NCBI GenBank assembly: GCA_964035545.1
Contig: CAXIUT010000230.1
Location: forward strand, 248,001 to 312,000
Reading direction: 5' to 3'
DNA from: Bugula neritina
Taxonomy: Eukaryota > Animalia > Bryozoa
DNA: 64,000 nucleotides
The translations under genes and the position numbers were made by a program. Position 1 is the first letter of the stretch. Each line of letters starts with the position of its first letter. Below are positions 63,021-64,000 of the stretch, piece after piece. Below the pieces are notes generated by a model that was not told the origin of the DNA, made no database searches, and was given only the letters and a program-made list of their open reading frames with translations.

Positions 63021-64000
63021 AACACACGGCAACATAGTGCAACATACTAAAATATACTGCAACATACTGAAATACACTGCAAAATACTGAAATACGCTGT
63101 AACATACTGAAATATACTGCAACATACTGAAATATACTGCTACATACTGAAATATACTGCAACACACTGCAACATACTGCAACATACTAAAATACACTGT
63201 AACATAATGAAATACACTGCAACACATTGAAATATACTGCAAAATACTGAAATACACTGCTATATACTGAAATATACTGCAACACACTGCAACATACTGC
63301 AACATACTAAAATATACTGCAACATACTGAAATACACTGCAAAATACTGAAATACACTGTAACATACTGAAATATACAGCAACATACTGAAATACACTGC
63401 TACATACTGAAATAAACTGCAACATCCTGCAACATACTGAAACACACTGTAACATACTGAAATACACTGCAACATACTACAACATATTGAAAGACACTGC
63501 AACACATTGAAATATGCTGCAACATACCTAAATATACGGTAATATACCAAAATAAACTGTTACACATTGAAAAATACTGCAACATACTGAAATACACTGC
63601 AACACACTGAAAAACACTGCAAAATATTGTAACACACTGAAATATACTGCAAAATACTGAAATACACTGCTACATACTTAAATATACTGCAACACACTGC
63701 AACATACTGCAACATACTAAAATATACTGCAACATACTGAAATACACTGCAAAATACTGAAATACGCTGTAACATACTGAAATATACTGCAACACACTGA
63801 AGTACACTCCCCTACATACTGAAATATACTGCAACTCACTGCAACATACTGCAACATACTAAAATACAGTGTAACATATTGAAATACACTGCAACACATT
63901 GAAATATACTGCAAAATATTGAAATACACTGCTACACACTGAAATATACTGCAACACACGGCAACATACTGCAACATACTAAAATATACTGCAACATACT
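60840..64000 (+). repeat. Tandem duplication with 2162-bp period, second copy truncated by the window end
   Basis: AACATAGTGC 60869/63031, AATATACAGC 61209/63371, AGTACACTCCCC 61639/63801. Confidence 0.87.

Larger units (their letters stand above)
1..64000 (+). repeat. Tandem satellite DNA array, 10-bp monomer AAYAYACTGH, dominant 20-bp dimer AACATACTGA-AATAYACTGC/T; runs off both window edges
   Basis: Essentially every 10-mer in the window is a variant of AACATACTGA, AATATACTGC, AATACACTGC, AATACACTGT or AACATACTGC. There is no unique sequence and no inversion. The consensus 20-mer is about 45% A and 10% G on the + strand. Confidence 0.99.

Noticed and set aside
40-63977. Roughly 300 minus-strand ORFs of about 60-325 aa, e.g. 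43390-44367 and 47720-48697
   Set aside because: They overlap in all three frames with the same low-complexity peptide and their ends are set by satellite variant monomers. The variation follows a 10-bp rather than codon pattern, and no domain is recognisable. They are translation artefacts.
1-64000. CRISPR array or other repeat-spacer system
   Set aside because: There are no unique spacers. The variable parts are point variants of the same 10-mer that recur in HOR order, and there are no cas genes or leader.
1-64000. Telomeric (telomerase-made) repeat tract
   Set aside because: Neither strand has G-runs. Variants are inherited in kb-scale duplicated blocks, which indicates recombinational amplification rather than templated addition.
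1-64000. Entire array as a synthetic or assembly artefact
   Set aside because: Copies carry hierarchical shared and private SNVs consistent with descent. Exact copy numbers of the near-identical blocks still need read validation.

Overview
The whole 64-kb window is one uninterrupted, single-orientation satellite DNA array, most likely eukaryotic heterochromatin (inference). I found no genes, RNA genes, transposons or CRISPR arrays. The base unit is a 10-bp monomer (consensus AAYAYACTGH), usually alternating as the 20-mer AACATACTGA-AATAYACTGC/T. It is organised hierarchically: 10 bp, then 20 bp, then a 260-bp (140+120) sub-repeat, then a 2340-bp higher-order repeat (HOR). In-register deletion or rearrangement derivatives of the HOR measure 2060, 2050, 1860, 2490 and 1190 bp, and recent segmental duplications have offsets of 9280/9270, 5490/5390, 4330/4320, 5690 and 2162 bp. 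The 10-bp register holds with no out-of-phase indel from 1 to 52430. A diverged island at about 52.1-54.0 kb (copied at about 58.1-59.7 kb) carries four small indels, and a downstream +2 brings their sum to zero. All ORFs in the track are minus-strand translation artefacts of the repeat. The interest lies in the array architecture and its evolutionary record; the sequence does not support a protein-coding system. Coordinates and offsets were read by eye from diagnostic variant monomers, so block edges are approximate.
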